From: Butyrivibrio sp.
GTDB lineage: Bacteria; Bacillota; Clostridia; Lachnospirales; Lachnospiraceae
Length of the DNA stretch: 64,000 bases
Assembly (NCBI RefSeq): GCF_017635265.1
Contig: NZ_JAGBLU010000100.1
Span: forward strand, 24,045-88,044
Direction: 5' to 3'
In this document: positions 11,788 to 21,736 of the stretch, piece by piece
How the letters are laid out: every line of letters begins with the position of its first letter
Position numbering within the stretch: the first letter of the stretch is position 1
Notes under the pieces: generated by a model
Database searches by the model: none
Told to the model about the DNA's origin: nothing
Seen by the model: the letters and a program-made list of their open reading frames with translations, nothing else
Program-made: the position numbers and the translations under genes

Positions 11788-12393
11788 ATGAATGAAAAAT
11801 TTTTTGAATTGAAAAAAGAAAAACAGGACCGTATGATAAATGCAGCACTTTTGATATTTGCCAAGTACGGATATCATCATGCCAGTACAGATGAGATTGT
11901 AAAAACTGCAGAAATAAGCAAGGGACTGCTTTTTCATTACTTCGGAAGTAAAATAGGTCTCTATGCATTTTTATATGATTATGCCACTCGTTTTGTGACG
12001 CTGGAACTTGCACAAAATAATGTTGGAAAAAATGAAACAGGGTATTTTGAGCTTTACAAACAAATTTTATCGGCAAGGGCAGCAGCCATGTCGCAATATC
12101 CATATATATTATTATTTTTGCAGAAGGCAGAGGAAGAAACTTATGCCGAAGCTGTGGCTGAAATAAAAGAAAGGCGCGAAAAATATAAGAGAATCATGGA
12201 GGCACTACAGGAAAAAGCCGACATTACTGTATTCCCAACGGAGATCAGTTACAGTATGGTCTGGGATATGCTGGAATACACGGTAAACGGAATAATGACA
12301 ACTCATCTGAAAGGAGATAATTTCAGAGCAGATTTGTTTTTGGCAGAAGCCTTGGAATATGTCGATATGATAAGCAAAATGGTTTTCTCATAA
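11788..12393 (+). CDS. TetR/AcrR-family transcriptional regulator
   Basis: INAALLIFAKYGYHHASTDEIVKTAEISKGLLFHYFGSK HTH signature. Confidence 0.9.
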   Translation: MNEKFFELKKEKQDRMINAALLIFAKYGYHHASTDEIVKTAEISKGLLFHYFGSKIGLYAFLYDYATRFVTLELAQNNVGKNETGYFELYKQILSARAAAMSQYPYILLFLQKAEEETYAEAVAEIKERREKYKRIMEALQEKADITVFPTEISYSMVWDMLEYTVNGIMTTHLKGDNFRADLFLAEALEYVDMISKMVFS

Positions 12394-12405
12394 AAGGAGG
12401 CAAGC

Positions 12406-13347
12406 ATGAGCAAGTTTTTAGTAGCCGGTGTAACACAGATTGAAACTATTGTCAGGGTAGATAAAATACCGATAAGTTTCTCACCTTTGACAAATGCCCA
12501 GGATTCGATTTTTACCGCAATGGGCGGCGATGCGTACAATGAGTCTTTAGCGCTGAAATGGCTTGGTGATGATGTTACTTTTATGTCCATTGTGGGAAGA
12601 AATCAGGATCTTAGTATGATCAATCCGCCGGACAGGAAAATTACCCTTTCTACGGAATTTATCATTCCTCAGATGAAAGAAACCCCTACTGAAGTTGTGC
12701 TCTATGATAAAGAGAGAAAACAGCAGATATTTGAAGATATAAAAGATCTTAGGGATAATGTTTACGATATGTCAATGGTAGCTCCCATTGCGCATGAGTG
12801 CGATATGATGGTGCTTGCCAATGCCAATTTCTGCAGACCTTTTGCAAAAGCTGCAGCAGAACACGGCAAACCTATTGCGGTAAATATCAGAAGCTACAAT
12901 CCCGAAAAGGAAAAATATAATACTGATTTCCTTGAACCTGCTAAGGTTCTGTATTTCAGTGATGACACGCTTTCCGAAGATCCTTATGTATTTATTGACA
13001 GAATGGCATCTACATATGGAACAGAGATAATTATTCTGGGACAGGGTAGTGAAGGTCTTATTCTATTTGATAAGACAAAAGATATAAGGGCTCATTACAA
13101 GACAGTTAAGACCAATGAAGTTGTAAATACCATCGGCGCAGGAAATGCTCTTTTTGCATGTTTCCTTCACTATTACATGGAAACAGGAGATAGCGTAAAT
13201 GCAATAAAAAATGCACTATTGTTCGCATCTTACAAGATTGGTTACATGGGTACGTCAAATGGATTTATGACTGTAGATCAGCTTGAACAGTGGAGAAATC
13301 TCATTTGGGGAATCAAAAAGACTCCATTTGAAGAGCATGGTGTATGA
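12406..13347 (+). CDS. PfkB/ribokinase-family protein with an atypical catalytic motif
   Basis: N-terminal MGGDAYNESLALKWLG and C-terminal NTIGAGNALFA (canonical form is DTxGAGD). Confidence 0.8.
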   Translation: MSKFLVAGVTQIETIVRVDKIPISFSPLTNAQDSIFTAMGGDAYNESLALKWLGDDVTFMSIVGRNQDLSMINPPDRKITLSTEFIIPQMKETPTEVVLYDKERKQQIFEDIKDLRDNVYDMSMVAPIAHECDMMVLANANFCRPFAKAAAEHGKPIAVNIRSYNPEKEKYNTDFLEPAKVLYFSDDTLSEDPYVFIDRMASTYGTEIIILGQGSEGLILFDKTKDIRAHYKTVKTNEVVNTIGAGNALFACFLHYYMETGDSVNAIKNALLFASYKIGYMGTSNGFMTVDQLEQWRNLIWGIKKTPFEEHGV

Positions 13348-13359
13348 TTAATTTTAAAC

Positions 13360-13409
13360 TTGAAAAAAGAAAAATAAACTGATAAAGTAGAGCTATGGAA
13401 ACGTTACCG
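13360..13409 (+). promoter_or_regulatory. Putative sigmaA promoter and LacI-family operator upstream of malQ
   Basis: TTGAAA (13360)-17 bp-TAAAGT with a TGn extension. Near-palindromic TGGAAACGTTACCG (13396-13409) has a central CG. A LacI gene follows malQ. Confidence 0.55.
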
Positions 13410-13466
13410 GTAATGGCAACTTTTTCCGTAGCTCTTTTAAAGCATTTTTATTAGTGAGGATTTGTT

Positions 13467-14987
13467 ATGGCAAATAAGAATACAGAGAAAACAAGATTAT
13501 GTGGAGTATTACTTCCTATTTTTTCACTTCCTTCCGGATATGGGATTGGAACTTTTTCAAAAGAGGCGTATGAGTTTGTGGATTTCCTGAAAAAAGCCGG
13601 ACAGAGTTACTGGCAGATTCTGCCTCTTGGTCCTACAAGCTATGGAGATTCTCCATATCAGTCTTTTTCGACATTTGCCGGAAACCCTTATTTTATTGAT
13701 ATAGATACTCTTATAGAAGAGGGACTTCTGACGGATAAGGATGCAGCTAAATATGACTTTGGCGCTGCAGAGGAGTCAATTGATTATGAGAAACTTTACA
13801 AGGGAAGATTTGAGCTTTTGAAGATCGCGTACAAAGGATTGGATAAAGCAAAAGATGCTGCGAACTTAAAAAAGGAATTTGAAGAGTTCAAGAATAATAA
13901 AGATAATGACTGGCTTTTTGATTATTCTCTTTTCATGGCTCTAAAAAATGCTCATGGTGGAAGAGCCTGGAACACTTGGGAAGACGGGCTTAGGCTTCGC
14001 AATAAGGAAGCATTAAATAAGGCGGCAGAGACATATAAAGAAGAAATAGATTTTTACAGTTTTCTGCAGTTTTTGTTTTCAAAACAGTGGACAAAGTTAA
14101 AAGCATATGCCAATGAGAATGGAATTGAGATAATAGGTGATATTCCTATTTATGTTGCTTTTGACAGTGCTGATACATGGGCAAATCCTGAACTGTTCCA
14201 GCTTGATAAGGACAATGTACCTATTGATGTAGCAGGGTGCCCGCCTGATGCTTTCAGTGCTACAGGGCAGTTGTGGGGGAATCCTCTTTACGACTGGGAG
14301 TATCACAAAAGGACAGGCTATAAGTGGTGGATGAAGAGAATAGCTCAGTGCTACAAGCTTTATGATGTAGTCAGGATCGATCATTTCAGAGGCTTTGATG
14401 AATATTATGCAATTCCTTTTGGAAATCCGACAGCTGAAATCGGCGAGTGGAGAAAAGGCCCGGGAATAGAGCTCTTTGAAGTTATGAAAAAAGAACTTGG
14501 GCAGAAAAAGGTAATTGCTGAGGATCTTGGATTTTTAACCAAGTCAGTTATAAATCTGGTTAAGAAGACAGGGTTCCTAGGAATGAAGATTCTTGAATTT
14601 GCGTTTGATTCAAGGGAGGAAAGTGACTATCTTCCACACAACTATACTAAAAATTGCATTGTTTACACAGGAACTCACGACAACGAGACAGCTAAGGGCT
14701 GGTTTAAGGCTCTTCCAAGAAATGACAAGAAATTTGCCAAGGAGTATCTTGGAATCACTTATTCCAAGGATGCGGTTTGGGCGATGATAAGATCTGCATT
14801 TGCAAGCGTATCTGATACAGCTATCATTCCAATGCAGGATTACCTTGAACTTGACGCATATGCCCGAATCAATACACCTTCAACTCTTGGCGGAAACTGG
14901 GTGTGGAGAATGAAAAAGGATGCGCTTACTGATTCTCTTTGCGAAAAAATGCATGACTATGCTAGAATCTACGGTAGATTAAAGTAA
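13467..14987 (+). CDS. malQ: 4-alpha-glucanotransferase (amylomaltase, GH77)
   Basis: WQILPLGP, DSPYQSFS, IGDIPIYV, GQLWGNPLY, RIDHFRGF, IAEDLG, YTGTHDN, RINTP motifs. Confidence 0.95.
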   Translation: MANKNTEKTRLCGVLLPIFSLPSGYGIGTFSKEAYEFVDFLKKAGQSYWQILPLGPTSYGDSPYQSFSTFAGNPYFIDIDTLIEEGLLTDKDAAKYDFGAAEESIDYEKLYKGRFELLKIAYKGLDKAKDAANLKKEFEEFKNNKDNDWLFDYSLFMALKNAHGGRAWNTWEDGLRLRNKEALNKAAETYKEEIDFYSFLQFLFSKQWTKLKAYANENGIEIIGDIPIYVAFDSADTWANPELFQLDKDNVPIDVAGCPPDAFSATGQLWGNPLYDWEYHKRTGYKWWMKRIAQCYKLYDVVRIDHFRGFDEYYAIPFGNPTAEIGEWRKGPGIELFEVMKKELGQKKVIAEDLGFLTKSVINLVKKTGFLGMKILEFAFDSREESDYLPHNYTKNCIVYTGTHDNETAKGWFKALPRNDKKFAKEYLGITYSKDAVWAMIRSAFASVSDTAIIPMQDYLELDAYARINTPSTLGGNWVWRMKKDALTDSLCEKMHDYARIYGRLK

Positions 14988-15043
14988 ACGGCAATAGGCA
15001 AAAGCCTATGTCGTTTACTATAAAAATACAAAAGGTAGATGTT

Positions 15044-16072
15044 ATGGCAGATATAACTATAGTAGAAATTGCAAAAAGATGTGGAGTAGGGGTAAGTACT
15101 GTATCGAGGGCAATAAATGACCATTCGGATATAAATCCGGAGACTAAAAAAAGAATCCTTGAAGTTATAAGAGAAACCGGTTATGTACCTAATAACAGTG
15201 CCAGAAATTTAAAGCGCACAGATGCCAAATGTATTGCAGTACTTGTCAAAGGTATTACGAACCCGTTTTTTACTCCCATGATCCAGATTGCGGAAGAGGA
15301 AACAGAAAAAAGAAAGTACGCACTGGTATTAAGACACGTAGAGGCATATGAGGATGAGCTCGATGTGGCGCTTGAGCTTGAGAAAGAAAAGCGCCTTCGC
15401 GGAATAGTATTTATGGGCGGAAGTTCCAAACACTCATCAGTTAAAATCAAGCAGCTGAATGTTCCGGCGGTTTTTGCAACAATTGGTTCTGATATTTCCG
15501 ATAACCTCAGCAAGAAGGAATACTCTACTGTTTCTGTTGATGATTTCAATGAGAGCAGGAAGATGACTGAATATCTCATCGGACTCGGACACAAAAAAAT
15601 AGCTATTTTATCAGAAGGAAGCGAGAATCCTTCCATAGTAAAACTAAGATTGGAGGGCTATATTCAGGCGCTTAAGGATAATGGAATAGAGATTGATGAA
15701 AAGCTTATAAGGCTTGTTGATAAAAGAATTTATTCCATGGAAAACGGTTATACAACTACTAAAGCGCTTATAGAATCCGGTGTGGAATTCACGGCTCTTT
15801 ATTGTATTTCTGATGTACTGGCTGTGGGAGCTTTGAGAGCCTTTGCAGATGCCGGAATCAAGGTTCCGGAAGATGTAAGTCTTGCAGGCTTTGATGGTCA
15901 GGATATATCAAGATTTTGCATTCCGAGACTTACAACTGTAAGGCAGCCGCTTGAAGATATCTCCAAGGAAACCATGAAACTTATATTTGATATCATTGAT
16001 GGAGAAAGCGGCCACAGGCACATAACTTTCCCGGGAGAACTGATAGAAGGGGAATCTACAAAGAGAATATAA
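15044..16072 (+). CDS. LacI-family transcriptional regulator
   Basis: ITIVEIAKRCGVGVSTVSRAIN HTH; YVPNNSARNL hinge; VPEDVSLAGFD and PRLTTVRQP. Confidence 0.92.
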   Translation: MADITIVEIAKRCGVGVSTVSRAINDHSDINPETKKRILEVIRETGYVPNNSARNLKRTDAKCIAVLVKGITNPFFTPMIQIAEEETEKRKYALVLRHVEAYEDELDVALELEKEKRLRGIVFMGGSSKHSSVKIKQLNVPAVFATIGSDISDNLSKKEYSTVSVDDFNESRKMTEYLIGLGHKKIAILSEGSENPSIVKLRLEGYIQALKDNGIEIDEKLIRLVDKRIYSMENGYTTTKALIESGVEFTALYCISDVLAVGALRAFADAGIKVPEDVSLAGFDGQDISRFCIPRLTTVRQPLEDISKETMKLIFDIIDGESGHRHITFPGELIEGESTKRI

Positions 16073-16078
16073 ATCTGG

Positions 16079-16126
16079 CAATGCATTCTTGAATTATTAA
16101 TTCAGGAATGCATTGTTGTTTCTTTT
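16079..16126 (+). terminator. Palindromic hairpin, probable terminator after lacI; also one copy of a dispersed 33-bp repeat
   Basis: CAATGCATTCTTGAATT-att-AATTCAGGAATGCATTG followed by a T-rich tail. Confidence 0.65.
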
Positions 16127-16238
16127 CAAGTTTCATTATCACCAAAAAAGTAAAAATAATCTTATCGAATTTACACTATAGACTAACGCAATATCGTGCG
16201 ATTACAATTAATGCAATGAGTTTTTTGGGGAGGTCTAT

Positions 16239-17042
16239 ATGTTCTGTACATGTCACTATTTCAGCCACGTTTTAAATCATAATACGGAGATAAATGTTGT
16301 CATTCCTACACCGGAAGGAAATGAACAGATAACAGCCACGGGGAAAGATGCGCGCTACGACTATGAGCATGGGCTTCCGGTGGTTTATCTTTTACACGGA
16401 GCATTTGGCGATAACAGTTCCTGGGCAAGATTTTCAAATATTGAGAGGTATGCTCAGGCACATAACTGTATTGCCGTTATGGCAGGTGTAGAGAACAGTT
16501 TTTATCAGGATATGGCTCACGGAGGCCAATACTTTACTTACATGACCAAAGAGCTTCCTGAGTATATAACTCGTATTTTCCCTGCATCAAAGAGGCGCGA
16601 AGACACATATATTGCAGGTCTTTCCATGGGAGGATACGGCGCTTGGTTTTTGGCACTTTCAAGACCGGATCTTTATTCTAAATCAGCATCAATGTCAGGG
16701 GCTTTAGATATTGTCAGGCTGCATGATGAGGCTATGTTAGGCAAAGTTGACAATCCTTTTCCATGGGAGGATGCCTTTGGAGAAACGGCTAGCTGCCTGG
16801 AGGGAAGCGATAGAGATTTGTTTGCCCTGCTTAAGAAAGATATTGAAAACGGACAGGTTCCTGAACTCTATCAGGCATGCGGAACAGAGGATTTTCTTTT
16901 TGAACTTAATAGAGGAGTTCATGAGAAACTTATAGAAATGGGCGTTAAGAGTGTCTATAAAGAAGTTCCTGATCATATGCATAACTGGGATTTCTGGGAT
17001 TTGGAGATCAGAAGTATTCTTGACTGGATGTTGCCGGGTTAA
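16239..17042 (+). CDS. Alpha/beta-hydrolase esterase (tributyrin esterase / CE1-like)
   Basis: VVYLLHG; GLSMGG nucleophile elbow; CGTED; H-M-H-N-W-D-F-W. Confidence 0.85.
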   Translation: MFCTCHYFSHVLNHNTEINVVIPTPEGNEQITATGKDARYDYEHGLPVVYLLHGAFGDNSSWARFSNIERYAQAHNCIAVMAGVENSFYQDMAHGGQYFTYMTKELPEYITRIFPASKRREDTYIAGLSMGGYGAWFLALSRPDLYSKSASMSGALDIVRLHDEAMLGKVDNPFPWEDAFGETASCLEGSDRDLFALLKKDIENGQVPELYQACGTEDFLFELNRGVHEKLIEMGVKSVYKEVPDHMHNWDFWDLEIRSILDWMLPG

Positions 17043-17135
17043 TTGAATCAGAACCAAAGAAGTGTAATTAATTCTAAAATAATCTATAGGTGAGTAGTGT
17101 GAATTTATTAATTTAAAAGTATTAGGAGAAATTCC

Positions 17136-19655
17136 ATGAAAATATGTAAGAAGTTAAACACTATAAAAAAGACTGATTACGGATATCTGGCTGAGCTTGA
17201 TAAAGCATATATGAAGATATGTTTTTTGACAGACAGCATTGTGAGAATCAAGGTTTGCTTTGACGATATTGCAAATGCCGGTAAGTCTGAAGGCTCGTAT
17301 GTTCTTCAGATGACAGGATGGGATGACAGGCTTGATTTTCTTTTTGAGGACAGAAAGCATGTAACTCCTGTGATTTCCAATCTGGAGGAAAAAGATGATG
17401 AGATTGTCTTAAAGACTAGCAGTAACTGTCTTGTTATTGAAAAAGATCCTCTTAATTTAAAACTCCTTGATAATGAAGGAGATGTTATTTATGAAGGCGC
17501 TAAGGGAAGCCCGTTTATTAAAGATGCCAATAACAGAGTGATCTCTTATACAAGAATGAAGGAAGAAGACTGCTTTTACGGCTTTGGTGAAAAGACAGGT
17601 CCAATCAATAAGAACAAAGATTTCATCAGAGAAAGAGCAACAGATTCCTGGAGCTATGATCCGGAAAAATGTGACACTATGTACAAACATATTCCATTTT
17701 ATATAAGGCTCGACAGGGATACCAAAAAGGCAGCGGGATTTTTTTACAACAACTTCCATGAATCTGTTTTTAACATGGGAAAAGAAAAGAGCAATTACTG
17801 GCCAAGATACACATACTTCCAGGCTGACGGCGGAGATCTTGATCTTTTCATATTCACCGGCCCGTCCATAAAGAATGTGCTTGATGATTATACAGCTTTG
17901 ACGGGAAGACCGGTTCTTTTGCCAAAAAGAGCTCTTGGATATCAGGGTTCATCAATGTACTATTCAGAGCTTGAAAAAGATTCAGACAAGGCGCTGATAG
18001 AATTTGTAGAAACCGTAAGGAAAAAAGGATTCCCTATTGACGGGTTCCATCTTTCATCGGGATATACGTCTTATGACAATAAGAGATGTGTTTTCACCTG
18101 GAATAAGGAAAGGTTCCCTGATCCAAAGGGATACTTTGCGAAAATGAATGAGCTTGGAGCTCAGAACGTTCCTAATGTTAAGCCGGGAATTCTTTTGATG
18201 CATCCAAAGTTTGATGAGTTCAAAAAGGAGGGCGTTTTTGTCAGAGACAGTGAGGATGAAAATGAACCTGCTGTTGGCTCATGGTGGGGAGGTTCGGGAG
18301 CATTTTGGGATTATACCAATCCTAAAGGGAGAGAGCTTTGGAAAAAGTATCTCACAGAAGCTGTGATTGATGTGGGAACTGACTCTGTTTGGGATGACAA
18401 CTGTGAATATGACAGCTTACTTGATCATGACAGCAAGTGTGATTATGACGGACAAGGCGGAAGAATAGGTGAACTTAAGCCGGTTATGTGTACTATCATG
18501 AGTAAGCTTGCCTGTGAAGCGGTAAAAGAGCATGACAAGAGCAAAAGACCTTATGTTGTTTGCCGAAGTGGTAGCAGCGGAATTCAGAAATACGCTCAGA
18601 ACTGGGTTGGTGATAACTGCACAGCGTGGAGAACTTTAAAACACAATATACCGACAATGCTTGGAGTGGGACTATCAGGCCAGCCCAATACAGGCTGTGA
18701 TATTGGCGGTTTTGCGGGGCCGGCACCTGAAGAAGAGCTCTTTGTCAGATGGGTGCAGCATGGCATATTCCAGCCAAGATTTTCAATTCATTCGGCAAGC
18801 AGTGACAATACTGTTACAGAGCCATGGATGTACCAAAGGCAGACTGACAGGATAAGAAATGCGATGTTACTGCGCTATCGTATGATTCCTCATTTTTATT
18901 CACTGGAATACGAAGCGCATATGACAGGTGCGCCTATAATGAGACCGCTGGTCTATGAATTCCAGCAGGATGAGAATGTATATGAAGAAAATTATGAATT
19001 TATGCTGGGAAGAGATCTGCTTGTTGCAAACGTTATTGAAAAGGGACAGATTGTAAAAGAAATATATCTGCCGGATGGATGCAAGTGGTTTGACCTTGAG
19101 AATAATTATAAATGCTATGAAGGCGGTCAATTTATAAATATACCTGTAAATATTAACTCTATTCCAAGATTTTTGAGGGAGGGAGGGATACTTCCTACAG
19201 CGCTTAACCAGCCCATGAATGCCGAAAAAGATCCTGTTACCGATTTGAGTCTTACATTTATTCCGTATACTGATGGAAAAGAGCATATTTCGGAATATGT
19301 TTACTATGATGATGATGGATGCAGCAATGATTTTGAGGAGGGCGTTTACAGAAAGACCACTATAACCATGAGTGGCAACAGCGTAATCGATATTTCTTTC
19401 AAGGGCGAAGGAACTTATAAGGATACTGTTAAAAGAGTGGTAGCTACAGTTGTCTACAAAGAAAAAGCGCCATTGTGGATATCTTTTGAGGATAAGAAGC
19501 TGACACATATTTTGGACAGGGAAAAGTTTGAAGCTTCTGACAACTGCTGGTACTACAGCGAGACTTTGAGGGCAGCGCTGGTAAAATTCAATAACCCGGG
19601 ACATGACGCTGCGCTGAAGGTTTCTTTTGAAGAATTTGATTTGATTGGTATGTGA
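17136..19655 (+). CDS. Glycoside hydrolase family 31 (Aec37-like subgroup)
   Basis: YGFGEK, LTGRP, ALGY, FHLSSGYTS, WDDNCE nucleophile region, WVGDN acid/base, GCDIGGF, PIMRPL. Confidence 0.88.
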   Translation: MKICKKLNTIKKTDYGYLAELDKAYMKICFLTDSIVRIKVCFDDIANAGKSEGSYVLQMTGWDDRLDFLFEDRKHVTPVISNLEEKDDEIVLKTSSNCLVIEKDPLNLKLLDNEGDVIYEGAKGSPFIKDANNRVISYTRMKEEDCFYGFGEKTGPINKNKDFIRERATDSWSYDPEKCDTMYKHIPFYIRLDRDTKKAAGFFYNNFHESVFNMGKEKSNYWPRYTYFQADGGDLDLFIFTGPSIKNVLDDYTALTGRPVLLPKRALGYQGSSMYYSELEKDSDKALIEFVETVRKKGFPIDGFHLSSGYTSYDNKRCVFTWNKERFPDPKGYFAKMNELGAQNVPNVKPGILLMHPKFDEFKKEGVFVRDSEDENEPAVGSWWGGSGAFWDYTNPKGRELWKKYLTEAVIDVGTDSVWDDNCEYDSLLDHDSKCDYDGQGGRIGELKPVMCTIMSKLACEAVKEHDKSKRPYVVCRSGSSGIQKYAQNWVGDNCTAWRTLKHNIPTMLGVGLSGQPNTGCDIGGFAGPAPEEELFVRWVQHGIFQPRFSIHSASSDNTVTEPWMYQRQTDRIRNAMLLRYRMIPHFYSLEYEAHMTGAPIMRPLVYEFQQDENVYEENYEFMLGRDLLVANVIEKGQIVKEIYLPDGCKWFDLENNYKCYEGGQFINIPVNINSIPRFLREGGILPTALNQPMNAEKDPVTDLSLTFIPYTDGKEHISEYVYYDDDGCSNDFEEGVYRKTTITMSGNSVIDISFKGEGTYKDTVKRVVATVVYKEKAPLWISFEDKKLTHILDREKFEASDNCWYYSETLRAALVKFNNPGHDAALKVSFEEFDLIGM

Positions 19656-20010
19656 GCGATATAAGGATTCAAATAGATACAAAGCTGTGCTTGCACAAAG
19701 CTTTGTATCTATTTGAAGACTGAACGTACATGAGGAAGTAGCGCGATTAGCGCGGATTCCTCATGTACGTAGGATTGCGAAAACGAAGTGGAGCAATCCG
19801 CATATCGCTCACATAAGTAGTAGTAGTATATATACCTGCGCACAAAGCTGTGCTTGCACAAAGCTTTGTATCTATTTGAAGACTGAACGTACATGAGGAA
19901 GTAGCGCGATTAGCGCGGATTCCTCATGTACGTAGGATTGCGAGAACGAAGTGGAGCAATCCGTATATCGCTCACATGAGTAGTAGTAGTATATATATAT
20001 CTGCGCACAA
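19649..20010. repeat. Multi-hairpin intergenic element (19649-19815) plus a partial tandem duplication (period 163 bp; copies start at 19679 and 19842)
   Basis: Outer stem TATGTGAGCGATAT/ATATCGCTCACATA. Inner hairpins TTCAAATAGATACAAAGC.../GCTTTGTATCTATTTGAA and ACGTACATGAGGAA/TTCCTCATGTACGT. The second copy is near-identical. Confidence 0.9.
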
Positions 20011-20155
20011 TGCCGTGCCCAAACTGTGCAAAATGCACATATAAAAGATATGATATCTATATTTTGTGGTTATTATTTACACGACTACAAAATGACGATA
20101 TAATAATTATAGTATTTTTATACAAAGCCTGCAATTAAACTTAGGAGGGAAAGAA

Positions 20156-21598
20156 ATGAAAAAGAAAGTGATTTCAATGGTATTGTCAGGAATGATGGTA
20201 TTATCCCTGGCAGCTTGTGGCGAGACAGCCGCAGACACAACTGCTCCTGCAGCAGAGGAGACACCTAAGGCTGAGACACAGACAACGGAAACTCCCGCGG
20301 CAGAGACTCCGGCAGCAGATACTGCTGATGCTTCAGCAGCTGCTTTTGATCCTGCAACAGCCGGCGATGTAACTGTTGGATTTGGATGGTGGGGAAACCA
20401 GGTTCGTGATGAAGTTACAAAAGCTGCATGCGATCATTTCACCGAACTTTATCCAAACGTAACATTTAACCTCAATTCTCAGGCATGGAATGATTATTGG
20501 GCACAGATGACAAGCTTTTCATCAAGTGACACACTTCCTGATCTTATGCAGCAGGATTACGCATATTTTGAGCAGTGGGTTGAAGCAGGGGATCTTCTTG
20601 ACCTTACACCTTACGTTGAAAGCGGTGCTCTTGATCTTTCAAAGATTCCGGAGAGCATTGTTGACACAGGAAAGAGTGCCAGCGACGGACATATCTATGC
20701 AGTGTGTGCAGGTATGAATGCTCCGGCTCTTTCATACAACAAGACACTTACAGATGAGCTTGGAATTACTGTTCCTGATAACATGACTTGGGATCAGTTT
20801 GCAGAGATTTCAAAACAGATTTATGACGCAAAGGGAATCGGTGTTGTATGGCACAATTTTAACTCAGAAAATCCAATTGCTTACTTTGCCCGTGGCAAGG
20901 GTCACAATGCATTGTTCGAAGCTGATGGCGTTACAGTTTCAGAAGAAGAGATGACAGAATTCTATACACGTCTTCAGAACGCTGTTGCAGAAGGATGGCT
21001 CTTTGATACAGATAAGTTTGCATCAGTTGATACAGCTACAATTCCTCAGAGCCCACTTGTATATGGTTCAGATCCCAGTGTAAGAAGCTGGTGTACATTC
21101 AACTTCTCAAACCAGTACATGGCATTCTGCGATGCAGCAAAGGCTGATGGAATCGAACTTGGCATCACAACATGGCCGGAAGATAACGGAGCACAGGCTA
21201 ACTACCTTAAGCCTTCACAGTTCTTCTCAATTACAACAGACACTCAGAATCCTGATTTGGCTGTAGCAATTCTTAATTACCTTATCAATGATGTTGATGC
21301 AAACACTCTTCTTAGAGCAGAGCGTGGTGTTCCGGCTAACAGTGAAGTAGCTGCAGCTATTGCTGATACAGTATCACAGACAGACTATACATATCCTATC
21401 ATTGTTGAGTATCTTGATATGGTATCAAAGAATTCAACAGCAATCTTCCCTCCGCTTCCCGGATATGCAGGGACAGTTAATACAGATGTCATCGAGGGTA
21501 TCACAAGCAGAGCACTTTCAAAGAATCCTTCCGATACACCTGCAGACCTTGCCAAGGACTTTGTAGAGGGTGCAAATAAGGTAGCAGCTGATTATTAA
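20156..21598 (+). CDS. Carbohydrate ABC transporter substrate-binding lipoprotein (YesO-like)
   Basis: Lipobox LAAC; Ala/Thr/Pro-rich linker; WWGNQVRDEVT...WNDYWAQM...LPDLMQQD; ERGVPAN. Confidence 0.9.
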   Translation: MKKKVISMVLSGMMVLSLAACGETAADTTAPAAEETPKAETQTTETPAAETPAADTADASAAAFDPATAGDVTVGFGWWGNQVRDEVTKAACDHFTELYPNVTFNLNSQAWNDYWAQMTSFSSSDTLPDLMQQDYAYFEQWVEAGDLLDLTPYVESGALDLSKIPESIVDTGKSASDGHIYAVCAGMNAPALSYNKTLTDELGITVPDNMTWDQFAEISKQIYDAKGIGVVWHNFNSENPIAYFARGKGHNALFEADGVTVSEEEMTEFYTRLQNAVAEGWLFDTDKFASVDTATIPQSPLVYGSDPSVRSWCTFNFSNQYMAFCDAAKADGIELGITTWPEDNGAQANYLKPSQFFSITTDTQNPDLAVAILNYLINDVDANTLLRAERGVPANSEVAAAIADTVSQTDYTYPIIVEYLDMVSKNSTAIFPPLPGYAGTVNTDVIEGITSRALSKNPSDTPADLAKDFVEGANKVAADY

Positions 21599-21637
21599 TT
21601 TGGGGAATAACAGTTTTACACCTTAAGTAATTGAACC

Positions 21638-21688
21638 AAAGAGAGGTGTTATTTTTATAAATTATAAATCTGGCGTCTCTCTTTTTTT
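21638..21688 (+). terminator. Hairpin with U-tract after the SBP gene (terminator or stabiliser)
   Basis: AAAGAGAGGTGTTA...TGGCGTCTCTCTTTTTTT. Confidence 0.55.
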
Positions 21689-21736
21689 ACAAAAAAAGCT
21701 AGTTTACTGGACATCAGAGAGAAAGGGGAGAGTTCT

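Noticed and set aside
18900-19682. 260-aa antisense ORF over GH31, and similar shadow ORFs (for example 55201-55827, 38871-39425, 42045-42515)
   Set aside because: They lie almost entirely antisense to well-supported genes and show no motifs or RBS.
19709-19894. 61-aa ORF inside the structured repeat, considered as a type I toxin or leader peptide
   Set aside because: It is not hydrophobic, has no RBS, and arises from the duplicated palindrome and microsatellite.
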